Source of the DNA: a virus
Lineage: Duplodnaviria > Caudoviricetes
Direction: 5' to 3' (one strand)
IMG/VR virus record: IMGVR_UViG_3300024275_000013
Span: 1-42,508 of that record
DNA: 42,508 nucleotides
Shown here piece after piece: positions 8,033 through 17,852 of this stretch (position 1 is the stretch's first letter; the number at the start of each line of letters is the position of its first letter). Under the pieces are notes generated by a model. It did not search any database and was not told where the DNA came from. It saw nothing but the letters and a program-made list of their open reading frames with translations. The position numbers and the translations under genes were made by a program.

Positions 8033-10501
8033 ATGGCGATCCCCACTCGCCGCGGCATCAGTAGCGGGAAAACACTCGCCGCCTTCCGCAGCGGAGCCTA
8101 CGATCCCCTCGATAAGCGCACCAAAGAAGGCCGCTCCCGCAACAGCAAGCGCGAGTTTATGGAACTCGCTCGCCAGCGTTACGAGATGGCGGAAGACGCG
8201 GATCGCGAACAGACCGATCGCGAACTCTCCGATCTCGCGTTTTACGCGGGCGATCAGTGGCCGAAGGATATCAAGCTCGCCCGCGCCGGCCTGAATGCTA
8301 GTAACGGCGTGCCGCCGATTCCCGCTCGGCCCTGCTTGGTCATCAACAAAGTTCGTGAGCCGGTGTCGCAAGTGCTCGATGCGCTGCGCGATGCCGACAT
8401 CAGCGCCGAACTCACACCCGCCGATGACTTTGAGGGGCTCGGCGTCGTGCTGGACGATAAAGAAATCGAACTGCGTGAAGGATTGCTACGGCGCATCCTC
8501 CGCAACTCGGAAGCGTCCATCTGGATCTATTCCGCCGCCGAGCGCGCCGCGATTGCGGGTCGTGGCTTTATCGGCGTGATGACGCGCTTCCTGCCAGGAA
8601 AAACGCGCGATCAAGAGATTTACGTCACCGGCTGGTTTGATCAGTCCCGCGTGAAAATCGATCCGACGCACGAGCGTAAAGACGGCGCGGATGCGAAATA
8701 CGGATTTAGCGGCACGTGGGTGAAATGGACCGACTATAAAACGCGCTGGCCGAGCGCGGCCAATAAGCGAAACCTGATCTCGGAAATGTCCGATCGCGAG
8801 TTCTCCGACTTCGGCGCGGCGGAAGACGCGAAGCCGTGGTTTCGCACGACGGGCAAACTCCGCATGGTCTACGTCGTAGATTACTTCTACACCGTCGAAA
8901 CCACACGCGACCTCTGCACCCTTGAAGATGGTTCGCTGGAGTGGAAAGACGAACTTCCTGACGGCGCGGAAGTTATTGATACGCGCTCCGTGATCGAAGT
9001 GGCGGTCAAGTGGGCGAAGATCGACGGCGCGAATCCGGAACCGCTCGAGGAAACCGATTGGGTCACGTCAGACATTCCCATCGTGAAAGTCGTCGGGGAT
9101 CAACTCCAGCCCTACGATGATCAGGTCCGCTGTGAAGGACTCGTCAGACCAGCGCGTGATTCCAACGAAGGCTTTAACGCGATGGCGTCAAAGCTGGTTG
9201 AGGATGTCGCTTATGCGCCAACGGACGCGCCGTATGTCGCCTCTGGACAGATCGAAGGCTTCGAGGACTTCTGGAAGTATCGCGCTACGCGGCGTCTGCC
9301 GTATGTGCCCTACAACTTGAAAGACTCCGAAGGACAACTCGCAGGACCGCCGCAGCATCCGCAAGTCGGCACGAACGTCCAGCCGCTGGCGATGGCGCTA
9401 TCGATGTTCGATGAAGCCGTGCAGGTCACGTCCCGTCGCCGCGATGCCGCGCTCGGCAAAACCGATCCGGCCCTTCGCAGTGGAGACGCGATTGATGCCA
9501 CCATCGATCAGTCTATGGAAGGCACGAGCAACTTCGGCGCGAACCTGAAAATTTCCGTCAAGCGGCTCGTGGAAATCATCAACAACGGCTTGTATCCGGT
9601 GTATGGGGGCCGTCCGGGACGCCTCGCCAAGATCGTCAACGGTGAAGATGCGCCGGAAACGATCATGCTCGGTCAGCCATATGTGATGAAGGGCAAACGC
9701 CCATTCGGCTTCACGGTGCCGCATCCTGACAATCCGCAGCAACAGACGCCGATGCCGATCGGCCATGATCAGCAGCCGCCAGACGCGAAGTCTTACGAAC
9801 TGACCGAGCACGCGAACTGCAACATCGCGATCAAAATCACGCGCAACTTCGATACACGGCGCGAAGAAGAGCAAGCGATGCTCGGACGCATCGTGGCAGC
9901 CGACCCGTCGCAGTTGGCGGTGTGCGGCGATCTGATGTGGGCACATTCGGACGGACCAGGGAGTAAAGAACTCGCCAGCCGTTACAGGCTGATGCTTGCG
10001 CCGCCGATTCAAGCCGCGCTCGCTGCCAAAGAAGGCAAGCAAACGCCGGAACAGATGGCGATGCAGCTCGGAGAGGCGAAGCAACTACTGGAACAGGCGC
10101 ATCAAGAGATCCAGCAGTTGCAGGCGGAGAAGCAAGCCAAGACGGCGGAACTTGAAGGCAAGTTTGAGATTGAGAAATACAAGACGGATCGCGGCAGCGA
10201 AGATAAAGCCGCGGATCGCGCCGTGAAGCTCGACGTGGCGGCGATTCAAGCCAAGATCGAAACGATGGCGATGGCGATCGAGGAACTAAAGCGCATTGGC
10301 GGTTTGAATTCCGATGCGGCGCATCGCCTCCATGAAGCGGGACAAGCGGTGCTCACGAAGCAACATGAGCATGTTCAGGGAATGGTTGACCACGCGAAAG
10401 AACTCGCCGTGAATGAACAACTGCACCAGCATGCGTTAGAGCAAACGGCTCATGAAGCCGCACTTACACCCACACCGGGGAGCGACAATGGCACAGCCTG
10501 A
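8033..10501 (+). CDS. Portal protein (P22-like)
   Basis: 'DLAFYAGDQW...RPCLVINK', 'GLVRPARD', long C-terminal coiled-coil barrel; 822 aa after terL. Confidence 0.9.
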   Translation: MAIPTRRGISSGKTLAAFRSGAYDPLDKRTKEGRSRNSKREFMELARQRYEMAEDADREQTDRELSDLAFYAGDQWPKDIKLARAGLNASNGVPPIPARPCLVINKVREPVSQVLDALRDADISAELTPADDFEGLGVVLDDKEIELREGLLRRILRNSEASIWIYSAAERAAIAGRGFIGVMTRFLPGKTRDQEIYVTGWFDQSRVKIDPTHERKDGADAKYGFSGTWVKWTDYKTRWPSAANKRNLISEMSDREFSDFGAAEDAKPWFRTTGKLRMVYVVDYFYTVETTRDLCTLEDGSLEWKDELPDGAEVIDTRSVIEVAVKWAKIDGANPEPLEETDWVTSDIPIVKVVGDQLQPYDDQVRCEGLVRPARDSNEGFNAMASKLVEDVAYAPTDAPYVASGQIEGFEDFWKYRATRRLPYVPYNLKDSEGQLAGPPQHPQVGTNVQPLAMALSMFDEAVQVTSRRRDAALGKTDPALRSGDAIDATIDQSMEGTSNFGANLKISVKRLVEIINNGLYPVYGGRPGRLAKIVNGEDAPETIMLGQPYVMKGKRPFGFTVPHPDNPQQQTPMPIGHDQQPPDAKSYELTEHANCNIAIKITRNFDTRREEEQAMLGRIVAADPSQLAVCGDLMWAHSDGPGSKELASRYRLMLAPPIQAALAAKEGKQTPEQMAMQLGEAKQLLEQAHQEIQQLQAEKQAKTAELEGKFEIEKYKTDRGSEDKAADRAVKLDVAAIQAKIETMAMAIEELKRIGGLNSDAAHRLHEAGQAVLTKQHEHVQGMVDHAKELAVNEQLHQHALEQTAHEAALTPTPGSDNGTA

Positions 10502-10649
10502 AGAGATGCCGGACGAACAGAACCCCGCTGAACTGCTCAAGCGTATCAAGGCGCTGGAGGAACGATCCTCTGAACTGGAAGCGGGGATTCTCCGCATGGC
10601 GAGCTATCAGGGCGTCGTGCATGTCTTGAAAGATACAGGACCTAAGTGA
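10488..10649 (+). CDS. Small hypothetical protein
   Basis: GGGAG SD, ATG 10488; coiled-coil-like. Confidence 0.45.
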   Translation: MAQPEEMPDEQNPAELLKRIKALEERSSELEAGILRMASYQGVVHVLKDTGPK

Positions 10650-10825
10650 CCGACCGAAAACGCGATCCGCTGCCGAAATCTTACCAATTCGGTGACGCCG
10701 CGCCCATGGAAGTGCAGCTCCAGCGTTTGTATCGCCGTTACGAGCGCGTCCGTCCGGTGATCGGCGATACGATCTCAGTGCCTATTACGAAGCATTGGAA
10801 CGTCATCGAACACGAGGAGCACTAA
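10646..10825 (+). CDS. Small hypothetical protein (59 aa; not in the ORF track)
   Basis: AGGA SD, GTGA overlap, open frame to TAA just before the next ATG. Confidence 0.45.
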   Translation: MTDRKRDPLPKSYQFGDAAPMEVQLQRLYRRYERVRPVIGDTISVPITKHWNVIEHEEH

Positions 10826-10826
10826 C

Positions 10827-11042
10827 ATGCCACGCTCAGTTCGCGGCGTCATGAAGGAATGGCGATCCGGCAATCTCCATAGCGGATCGTCAACCGGGCC
10901 AGTCGTGAAGAATCGGAAACAGGCGGTGGCGATTGCGTTGAGCGAACAGCGGCAGATGAAACCCAGTCTCCGAGCGGCCCATGCGTCCCATCCGAATGCG
11001 TCGAGGCTCGGAAAATATTTGCACCCCAAGCGTGCAAAGTGA
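10827..11042 (+). CDS. DUF6496-like small basic protein
   Basis: 'VMKEWRSGNLHSGS...VVKNRKQAVAIALSE' signature; GAGGAG SD. Confidence 0.75.
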   Translation: MPRSVRGVMKEWRSGNLHSGSSTGPVVKNRKQAVAIALSEQRQMKPSLRAAHASHPNASRLGKYLHPKRAK

Positions 11043-11215
11043 TGCCGACCGATCCGCAGACGCTCGGTCGTGATTTGCGCGAACAGAAAGCCGCGCTCGT
11101 CGCATACATGCTCGCCAAGATCAAAGCCGCCGACTGGCACGCGGTTCAGGATTCAGCGAGCGATATCCGTGAGATTGATGCGAAACTTGAACTTTTAGAG
11201 GCACTGACTGTATGA
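11042..11215 (+). CDS. Small hypothetical protein (57 aa; not in the ORF track)
   Basis: TGATG and ATGA overlaps with neighbours; 'DWHAVQDSASDIREIDA'. Confidence 0.55.
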   Translation: MPTDPQTLGRDLREQKAALVAYMLAKIKAADWHAVQDSASDIREIDAKLELLEALTV

Positions 11216-12252
11216 GCGAGCCCTTGATCGAGACAGCCGAAACGACTGAGACAACGGAACAGCCTGAAGCCCCGGCCTCCCTTGCGGAATTCCGTGAACA
11301 GTTTCCCGCTGCCACGAAAGACGGCCAACCGCCCCCGCCAGAACCAGCCGCCGAACGCCAGCCGCGCCGCCGCGCTAAGAGCCATCAGGCCGATCCCGAT
11401 GATGTGCCCGCGATTGCCGCGCTGACGAAACAACTGCGCGATGCGGAAGACGCGATCAAGATCGAACGCAAAGAGGGTGAGAGCGACCGCGTATTCCAGT
11501 TGCGGAAGCGTGCCGAGATTGCGAAGCTCGCCACTGAACGGAAAGCCGCGCCGGAAGTCCGACCGGAGCCCGTCCGTGAAGCGCCGCCGGCCGCCGCGGT
11601 TGTTGCGCAGCCGTCCGCGTTCACCGAGAAGGAGCCCACGCTCGATCAGTTCGCCTCAGAAGCCGATCCCTACGCCGCATGGCAGCGCGCTTTGGCCCGC
11701 TACGATCGCCGCAAGGATGCCTTTGAGGCGTCCCAGGAAGCGCAGAAATCCACGTTCCGCGCACAAGAGGAAACCTTCAACCGGGAAATCAATGACGGCA
11801 TCCGAGCGCATGCACAGCGGGCGCAGGCGCTAGCCGACAGCCGCCCTGACGTAAAGGCGCTGTTTGCCGCGGAAGCTGCGAAACCGCCATCAGAACAGAT
11901 TCAACTGACCTTGGCCGTCCGCGGCGCGATCGAGTTTCACGAGCGCGGCCCGGAGATGGTCGTCGCCCTGTTGCAGAACCCGGAACTGGCGGATGAGCTT
12001 TTTCTCTTGACAACCGGCCGAGCTGTAGGAGACCCTAGGACCGACTCACTCGTCGCCACTGTGCGGCGTCGGCTACTGCAACGGATCTCGGGCGCACCGT
12101 CTGGATCGCCCGCTCCGTCTCGACCCGTTAAACTTGCACCTCGGCCGCCTAATCCAGAGCGGACTGTGCCACAGACGCCGCGTGACTCGTCACCGTCTGA
12201 AGCGCCCGGTTCGCTCGCGGAACATCGCCGACAGTTCCCCGTCCGACACTGA
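11212..12252 (+). CDS. Capsid scaffolding protein
   Basis: Acidic, Pro-rich, helical protein between portal and coat; 'EPTLDQF...DPYAAW...ALARY'. Confidence 0.75.
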   Translation: MSEPLIETAETTETTEQPEAPASLAEFREQFPAATKDGQPPPPEPAAERQPRRRAKSHQADPDDVPAIAALTKQLRDAEDAIKIERKEGESDRVFQLRKRAEIAKLATERKAAPEVRPEPVREAPPAAAVVAQPSAFTEKEPTLDQFASEADPYAAWQRALARYDRRKDAFEASQEAQKSTFRAQEETFNREINDGIRAHAQRAQALADSRPDVKALFAAEAAKPPSEQIQLTLAVRGAIEFHERGPEMVVALLQNPELADELFLLTTGRAVGDPRTDSLVATVRRRLLQRISGAPSGSPAPSRPVKLAPRPPNPERTVPQTPRDSSPSEAPGSLAEHRRQFPVRH

Positions 12253-12295
12253 ATCACGCTCGACGCTGACGGTTCCGGCCAACTGAGGACGGACC

Positions 12296-13528
12296 GTGCC
12301 AGCAAATTTCATCATCACACCGAGTTGGGTCTGCACTGACCACGCAGACCAGTTCGCCCAATACATCCGACTCGTCAACGAATTCGAGCGGAAGTATGAA
12401 GGCGCGTGGTCCGAGACGGGCGGCGCGCAGATCGGCTACACGACGCAGGTCAGACTCCCGCAGCGCGATATCACGGTCGAAGGTCAGGCGCTTCAGATCC
12501 AGCCGATCCAGAACCAGACCGTTCCGATCACCATCAACCATCAGCTCCAGGTGGCGCACTCGTGGAGCTCGGCGGATGATTCGGTCGCGATCGAAGATGC
12601 GCGGCAATACAGCGTGTCGTCTGGCAAGTCGATGGCCGCGAAGTGGGACACCATCGCGGGCGCGGAAGTTTACACGCAGGTGTATTTCCAGATCGGCTCG
12701 CCGGGTGTCGCGCTCTCGTCGGACCAGACATGGCTCGATGGCGTTGCGAAGCTGACGAACGTCGGTGTGCCGGATACCGACCTCGCCGCGATCATCGACA
12801 TGAAGACGCACAGCAAGCTGCTCGGCGCGAACATCGGCGCGTTCAATCCTCAGAGCCAGATCAGCGAATACTTCAAGACGGGCCAGTTCAATGCGGGCGC
12901 GCTCGGTGTGTCGCGGTGGAAGAAAGACAACCACATGCCGACCCACACCACGGGGTCGTTCACGTCTTCGACGCCTGTCGTGAGCGGTGCGGGCCAGACG
13001 GGTTCGACGCTGGTCACGTCCGGGTGGGGCACTTACTCGTTCAAGAAGGGCGATACGTTCTACATCACCGGCAACAACTCCGTTGATCCGATCGGCTATA
13101 CGGATTCCGGCGATCAGCAAGCATACGTGTTGCAGGCTGATGTCGCGGGTTCTGGAACCGCCACGTTCACGATCTCGCCGCCGATCATTCCGCTCGGTAG
13201 CGCGCTCGCCACGGTGACGGCATCGCCGGTCAACAACGCCACGATCCTGTTCGTCGGCGCAACGGGCGTCGTGAATGCTACGATGGCCGCGCAGACCTCG
13301 AAGCAGTCGCTGCTGTTCGATCCGGGCGCGTTCGCGTTCGTGATGGCCGACCTGCCGACGAAGCTGGCTGGTGCGGTGTCGGGTCGCTGGAATTCTGGCG
13401 AAGACAAAATGTCCTTCCGCTACGTGGATCAGTACAACATCCAGACGGACCAGCTTCCGCGCCGCATGGACAGCATCGGAGGGGTCGCCGCGATCCTCCC
13501 CTACTTCGCTCTGAGAGCGTGGAGCTAA
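12296..13528 (+). CDS. Major capsid protein (P22 coat family)
   Basis: 410 aa after the scaffold; 'QIGYTTQVRLP', 'FDPGAFAFVMADL', 'YNIQTDQLPRRMD'; strongly biased codon usage. Confidence 0.88.
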   Translation: MPANFIITPSWVCTDHADQFAQYIRLVNEFERKYEGAWSETGGAQIGYTTQVRLPQRDITVEGQALQIQPIQNQTVPITINHQLQVAHSWSSADDSVAIEDARQYSVSSGKSMAAKWDTIAGAEVYTQVYFQIGSPGVALSSDQTWLDGVAKLTNVGVPDTDLAAIIDMKTHSKLLGANIGAFNPQSQISEYFKTGQFNAGALGVSRWKKDNHMPTHTTGSFTSSTPVVSGAGQTGSTLVTSGWGTYSFKKGDTFYITGNNSVDPIGYTDSGDQQAYVLQADVAGSGTATFTISPPIIPLGSALATVTASPVNNATILFVGATGVVNATMAAQTSKQSLLFDPGAFAFVMADLPTKLAGAVSGRWNSGEDKMSFRYVDQYNIQTDQLPRRMDSIGGVAAILPYFALRAWS

Positions 13529-13530
13529 TC

Positions 13531-14175
13531 ATGGCACTTCAGTCTGGACAGTTGACTTCGGCGATCACGGCGGGGCAGCTCACGTTCGCGCTGTCGAATC
13601 TTTCGGCCAACGCGCAGTCGGCGCTCCCGTCAGTCGGCGGAACGCCGCAGTCGATCGGAACGCCGATGCTGATCGATGGCGAGTTCATGTATGTCGTGTC
13701 GCAGCCTGTGCTCGGCACGGTGACGGTCCGTTGCCGCGGAACCGAGAGCGCGGCGGTGGCGCACGATACGCTCGCCAACGTCTATTTCTCGGCGAGTCCT
13801 GGAGACTTCCAGATTCCGCAGCCTGGCACCATGACGACGATTGATCCGGCCGAAGATGGCGCGATTTCGCTTGGTCAGGATCAGACGATCGCCCAGCCCG
13901 GCACCACGTCCGTGTTCAACATCAACAAGGCGACGGCAGCCGCGCTGGTGCTCACGGCTCCGAGTCTCGCGGACAACGGCGTGATGTATACCTTCACGTC
14001 GAACACCGCCGCGGCGCATACCATCACGGCGACGAGCCTGATCAACGACGGCACAGCGAGCACGCCCAAGAGCCTCGCGACGTTCACCGCCGCGAAGGGT
14101 GCCAACGTGACGTTCATCGTGGAGAACGGCTTGTTCAACGTCCTCGGCACCGCGCTCGGTGTGACCTTCAGTTAA
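13531..14175 (+). CDS. Putative virion structural (decoration/cement) protein
   Basis: Directly after the coat; Thr/Ala/Gly-rich beta-type sequence; GGAG SD. Confidence 0.6.
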   Translation: MALQSGQLTSAITAGQLTFALSNLSANAQSALPSVGGTPQSIGTPMLIDGEFMYVVSQPVLGTVTVRCRGTESAAVAHDTLANVYFSASPGDFQIPQPGTMTTIDPAEDGAISLGQDQTIAQPGTTSVFNINKATAAALVLTAPSLADNGVMYTFTSNTAAAHTITATSLINDGTASTPKSLATFTAAKGANVTFIVENGLFNVLGTALGVTFS

Positions 14176-14188
14176 GGGTGAATGAATC

Positions 14189-14635
14189 ATGAGCGTGATG
14201 TATCCGCCGGAAACGGCCTACGCGAAAGAGCGCGTGAAGTGGGAAGCGCAGAATAGCGAGCTCGGCGCAGGGCAGCGGCCCTACGTGTTCCGGCCCTACC
14301 CGGCCATGATATACAAGGCTGGGCGTCCCGATAACGGGCTCGGCGCGCACATCATCACCGAGCAGATCGTCGTCGGTTCGGAGCAGGAATACGAGAATTA
14401 CAAGTCTCGCGGATTCCGCGCTACGCCGAACGAAGCGATCGACCTGCTCAACCAGCAGCAGGACGAATTCTCGCGGCTCGCGGCGGAACTGAATCACGAG
14501 CAGAAGAACAAACTGAGCGAAAAGGCGTCGGCGGAAGTGGACGCGGCGCGGGCGCAGCACGTCGGCACCGTCTCGCACCACATGCCGGCCGTTCCTGTGA
14601 CGCCGATCAAGCCTCGCTCAAAGGGAGATAACTAA
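14189..14635 (+). CDS. Hypothetical protein (head module)
   Basis: Long ORF with phage-like codon usage. Confidence 0.6.
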   Translation: MSVMYPPETAYAKERVKWEAQNSELGAGQRPYVFRPYPAMIYKAGRPDNGLGAHIITEQIVVGSEQEYENYKSRGFRATPNEAIDLLNQQQDEFSRLAAELNHEQKNKLSEKASAEVDAARAQHVGTVSHHMPAVPVTPIKPRSKGDN

Positions 14636-14940
14636 TGGCCGCGCCGACCTCCTATCCGAGTTTCGTATACAACTCGACGCAGCAGTCCACTCTGATCGTC
14701 ACGACCGTCGCCGCGTTCAACGCGCTGCCGGCTCCGGGCACATGGACGACGACACCGTATCCGGGCGTGTCTGGTATCCCGGCCGATCCGGGCCTGACGG
14801 ATACCGACGTGCGCCTGCAGCAGTTGCTGGTGGAGGCGCGGTTGGGTAACAACCTGCTCGCCATGCTCGGCAGCTTCTCGGATGATCTGCTCACTTGGCG
14901 GCAGGACATCGTATCGAACGATTCGGGCTTGACCACGTAA
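14635..14940 (+). CDS. Putative virion protein
   Basis: GGGAG SD; TAATG overlap. Confidence 0.55.
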   Translation: MAAPTSYPSFVYNSTQQSTLIVTTVAAFNALPAPGTWTTTPYPGVSGIPADPGLTDTDVRLQQLLVEARLGNNLLAMLGSFSDDLLTWRQDIVSNDSGLTT

Positions 14941-15027
14941 ACGGCGTGACCTCGCACGCTGACCCCGCAGACCGGCCGTCTGACCACTTCGGGGCGTTTC
15001 GAGGGATTGACTGACGGAGATTGACCG

Positions 15028-15654
15028 ATGCCGAATATCACAGCGCCTGCGCTCTCGTTCCCCGCGCGTTCGTTCCCGGCGGCTCAGGCGGGCACGCCCG
15101 CTGGCGCGATGGGCGAACTGTCCGTCTCTGAACTGCTCGGCAAATACGCCACCCTCGTGAAGTCGCAGAAGGTGTTCTACACCTCGGCGATCATCACGGC
15201 TCCGGTGATCTTCTCGACCGCGGGCCAGCTCGGCCCGATGATCTGGAATCGCACCGGCTCCGGGCTGGACGCGCACATCCTGGCGGTGAGTGTCGGCTCG
15301 CCGACCACGGCCTCGACCGTCGCGGGCGCGATCAGTTATGCGTCCAACACCCAGCCGACCCAGCCGACCACGGCCACCGCGCTGACCGTGACCAACGCCT
15401 ACTCGAGCGGCGGTTCGTCGCAGATGTTCGCCTTCTCGACGGCGACCATTCTCGTCGCGCCGACGAACGTGCCGTTCCCGCTGTTCGCGGTCAACACCGG
15501 CGCGATCACGACCGGCTCGCTGACCTCGTGCTTCGTGGATCTCGGCGGCATGTTCGTCGTGCCTCCGGGCAACGTCGGCTACGTCTGCGGCAACGCGACT
15601 CTCACCGCGGGCGTGTTCACGATCGGAGTCCTTTGGGCCGAGCTGCCTTCGTGA
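15028..15654 (+). CDS. Putative abundant virion protein (Ser/Thr-rich)
   Basis: GGAG SD; codon bias like the coat gene; followed by a hairpin. Confidence 0.65.
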   Translation: MPNITAPALSFPARSFPAAQAGTPAGAMGELSVSELLGKYATLVKSQKVFYTSAIITAPVIFSTAGQLGPMIWNRTGSGLDAHILAVSVGSPTTASTVAGAISYASNTQPTQPTTATALTVTNAYSSGGSSQMFAFSTATILVAPTNVPFPLFAVNTGAITTGSLTSCFVDLGGMFVVPPGNVGYVCGNATLTAGVFTIGVLWAELPS

Positions 15655-15669
15655 AGTGATTAACAGTAT

Positions 15670-15703
15670 TTGGGCGGCTGGCGCATAAAAGTCAGCCGCC
15701 CAA
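15670..15703. terminator. Stem-loop, possible terminator or processing site
   Basis: TTGGGCGGCTGGC / GTCAGCCGCCCAA, 13-bp stem with one G-U and an 8-nt loop; no strong U-tract. Confidence 0.5.
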
Positions 15704-15712
15704 TGCTACACT
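15704..15712 (+). promoter_or_regulatory. Extended -10 promoter (leaderless)
   Basis: TGcTACACT, ending 7 nt before ATG 15720. Confidence 0.5.
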
Positions 15713-15719
15713 GAGCGCC

Positions 15720-15998
15720 ATGCTGAACCTCCTCAACGATCCATCGATTCCGACTGTTGGTCAGGCGCTTACGGTGGATGGGTATACCATCGCCATTTCG
15801 GCGCGCTGCCATTGCGAGACTGGCGGCACGTTCGTCTTGATGGCAGTGAATCATTCCGCTGTTGGCGATGCTGTCATTGCCGGTGTCTGTCCGCGCTGCA
15901 AACAGGGCTATTCGGTGCAAGGCATGGAGCTTGATCAGAACGCCCATCTTCGATTTAATGTCGCGGTGCTCAGTTCCACGCCGCCTAGCGAATCATGA
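15720..15998 (+). CDS. Zinc-ribbon-like hypothetical protein
   Basis: CxC ... CPRC; ATGA overlap with the glycosyltransferase. Confidence 0.55.
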   Translation: MLNLLNDPSIPTVGQALTVDGYTIAISARCHCETGGTFVLMAVNHSAVGDAVIAGVCPRCKQGYSVQGMELDQNAHLRFNVAVLSSTPPSES

Positions 15999-16693
15999 GC
16001 GTGCTTCTCGCGATGGCCGCGGGAGAAACTAGCCGCTACACCAGCGCGAACGCCAGCCGTGAGAATCTTGAAAAGCCGGCGGGCTCGAAATTCCACCCGT
16101 GCATTGGCCTGAGTGTGCCGGAAAATCTCAATGCGGCGGCGAAAGAGCTCCTGGCGTCGAAGCACGACTGGCTCTTCCTGATGAATGACGATCAGATTTA
16201 CGGGCCGACTACGCTGACGCGGCTGCTCGCGCATAAGCGTCCTGTCGTGACGGGTCTGACGACGGGTCGGACCTTTCCGTTTGTGCCGGCGATCTACGGG
16301 CCGCAGCGGGCCGATGGGTCGATGGCTCCGATCTTCCTCGAGCCAAAGATGCGCGGACTCTGGCCGATTCACTACTGCGGCGATCACAGTTTGTTGATCC
16401 GCCGCGATGTGATCGAGAAAATGCGCCAGCCGTGGTGGGGGCACTGCTCGGAGCGGTGGACGAGCCGAGATCGTGTCCAGTATGACGTGGTGTTCTGCGA
16501 TGGCGTGCGAGACGCGGGATATGAAATCGTCTGCGACCTCGATACGCCCGTCGGGCATCTGGCCGTCGTGCCGATTGTGCCGGAACAGCACGCGGATGGC
16601 ACTTGGTCAACGGGCCTTCGGTTGAGCAATGACCACTGGATGCACTTCTCGCCAGCCGCGCCAGCCCCGCTGAAAAACGAGAACGTCGCATGA
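15995..16693 (+). CDS. GT-A fold (GT2-like) glycosyltransferase
   Basis: 'N..AKELL..KHDWLFLMNDDQ' DxD-like motif, 'LLIRRDVIEKM', 'YDVVFC...AGYEI.CD...VGH'. Confidence 0.75.
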   Translation: MSVLLAMAAGETSRYTSANASRENLEKPAGSKFHPCIGLSVPENLNAAAKELLASKHDWLFLMNDDQIYGPTTLTRLLAHKRPVVTGLTTGRTFPFVPAIYGPQRADGSMAPIFLEPKMRGLWPIHYCGDHSLLIRRDVIEKMRQPWWGHCSERWTSRDRVQYDVVFCDGVRDAGYEIVCDLDTPVGHLAVVPIVPEQHADGTWSTGLRLSNDHWMHFSPAAPAPLKNENVA

Positions 16694-17460
16694 GCACGAC
16701 AGGAAACATCATCTGCCAAGGGGCGCTCGAGCTGCTGGGGGTTGTGGACCCGGAAGATACCCCAGCGCCCGCGATGTTGGCAGGAGCCTTTCGACGGCTC
16801 AACATGATGCTCCGATCGTGGTCGCTGCAAAGCTATACGATCCCGTTCATCGACCGTGAAGTATTCCCGATCGTCAGCGGAAAGGGCGGCACGGACAATC
16901 CCTATACCGTTGGACCTGGGGGAGATCTGGATACGACTCGGCCCGCGAAGCTGGAAGGACTCGGGCTCTTGCTCGCGCCGGTTGGCTCCGCGCCGCCGGT
17001 CGAATTGCCACGCGCTGAACTGACCGACGACATGTATCAGTTCCTCGCGATCAAGGATCTCGGCAATTCCCTGTTCACGAACGGCTACTACAATCCGACG
17101 TTCGTCGGTGGACTCGGATCGCTCTACCTGTGGCCGGTGCCGAATACGTCGATTAATAGCCTCGCGCTCTATCGGTTCAAGCAGCTTGTAGAATTCACGT
17201 CACCGACCGCGGCATATGACTTCCCCGAAGGCGCAGACGAAGCGGTGGAATACAACCTCGCCCGCCGGCTCTTCACGGTCCATAGCGTGCCGTTGGCAAA
17301 GAAAGAAGAAATCATTCAGCTCGCCAAGGAAAGCCTCGCGATCTACAAGCGATCGAATATCAATCTCACAGACGTAGAGTGCGATCCGATGTTCACCCCG
17401 AACAACTTCCGAGGCGGCTACAACATCAACACGGGCATCGGTGGAGGATCGAGCAACTAA
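16690..17460 (+). CDS. Head-to-tail adaptor (P22 gp4-like position)
   Basis: 'IICQGALELLGV...LNMMLRSWS...YLWPVP...AVEYNLARRL'. Confidence 0.7.
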   Translation: MSTTGNIICQGALELLGVVDPEDTPAPAMLAGAFRRLNMMLRSWSLQSYTIPFIDREVFPIVSGKGGTDNPYTVGPGGDLDTTRPAKLEGLGLLLAPVGSAPPVELPRAELTDDMYQFLAIKDLGNSLFTNGYYNPTFVGGLGSLYLWPVPNTSINSLALYRFKQLVEFTSPTAAYDFPEGADEAVEYNLARRLFTVHSVPLAKKEEIIQLAKESLAIYKRSNINLTDVECDPMFTPNNFRGGYNINTGIGGGSSN

Positions 17461-17852
17461 TGGCCGCAGGACAAGCTCCGGATCGGATGTGGCTGCTCGG
17501 CTCTGATTCTATTGTGGCCGGTGCGCTCACCGTCACTGGAGTCACGACAGGCACGTCACAGCCGATCGACTACAAGGCGCACGGCATCATCACGATCTAT
17601 CTTCGCAGTGTGGGCACGACGAGCGGCGGCACGATCCTGATCGAAGAAGCCGACTGGGGACCGTTTGAGCAGCCCTATAGCGGCACATGGTCGCAGATCG
17701 CGTCCATCTCGGCGAGCACGTTTACCGGCGGCGCGCAGATCGCGTATCACGTCACGGACTCGTCATACGGCTGGCTCCGCGTGCGGATATCGTCCGCGAT
17801 TACGGGCGGCGGGACCATTCTCGCCTCCATGCGATCGCGTGGTGCGATGTGA
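17460..17852 (+). CDS. Putative virion beta-sandwich protein
   Basis: GGAGG SD, TAATG overlap; 'GWLRVRISSAI.GG' C-terminal strand. Confidence 0.55.
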   Translation: MAAGQAPDRMWLLGSDSIVAGALTVTGVTTGTSQPIDYKAHGIITIYLRSVGTTSGGTILIEEADWGPFEQPYSGTWSQIASISASTFTGGAQIAYHVTDSSYGWLRVRISSAITGGGTILASMRSRGAM

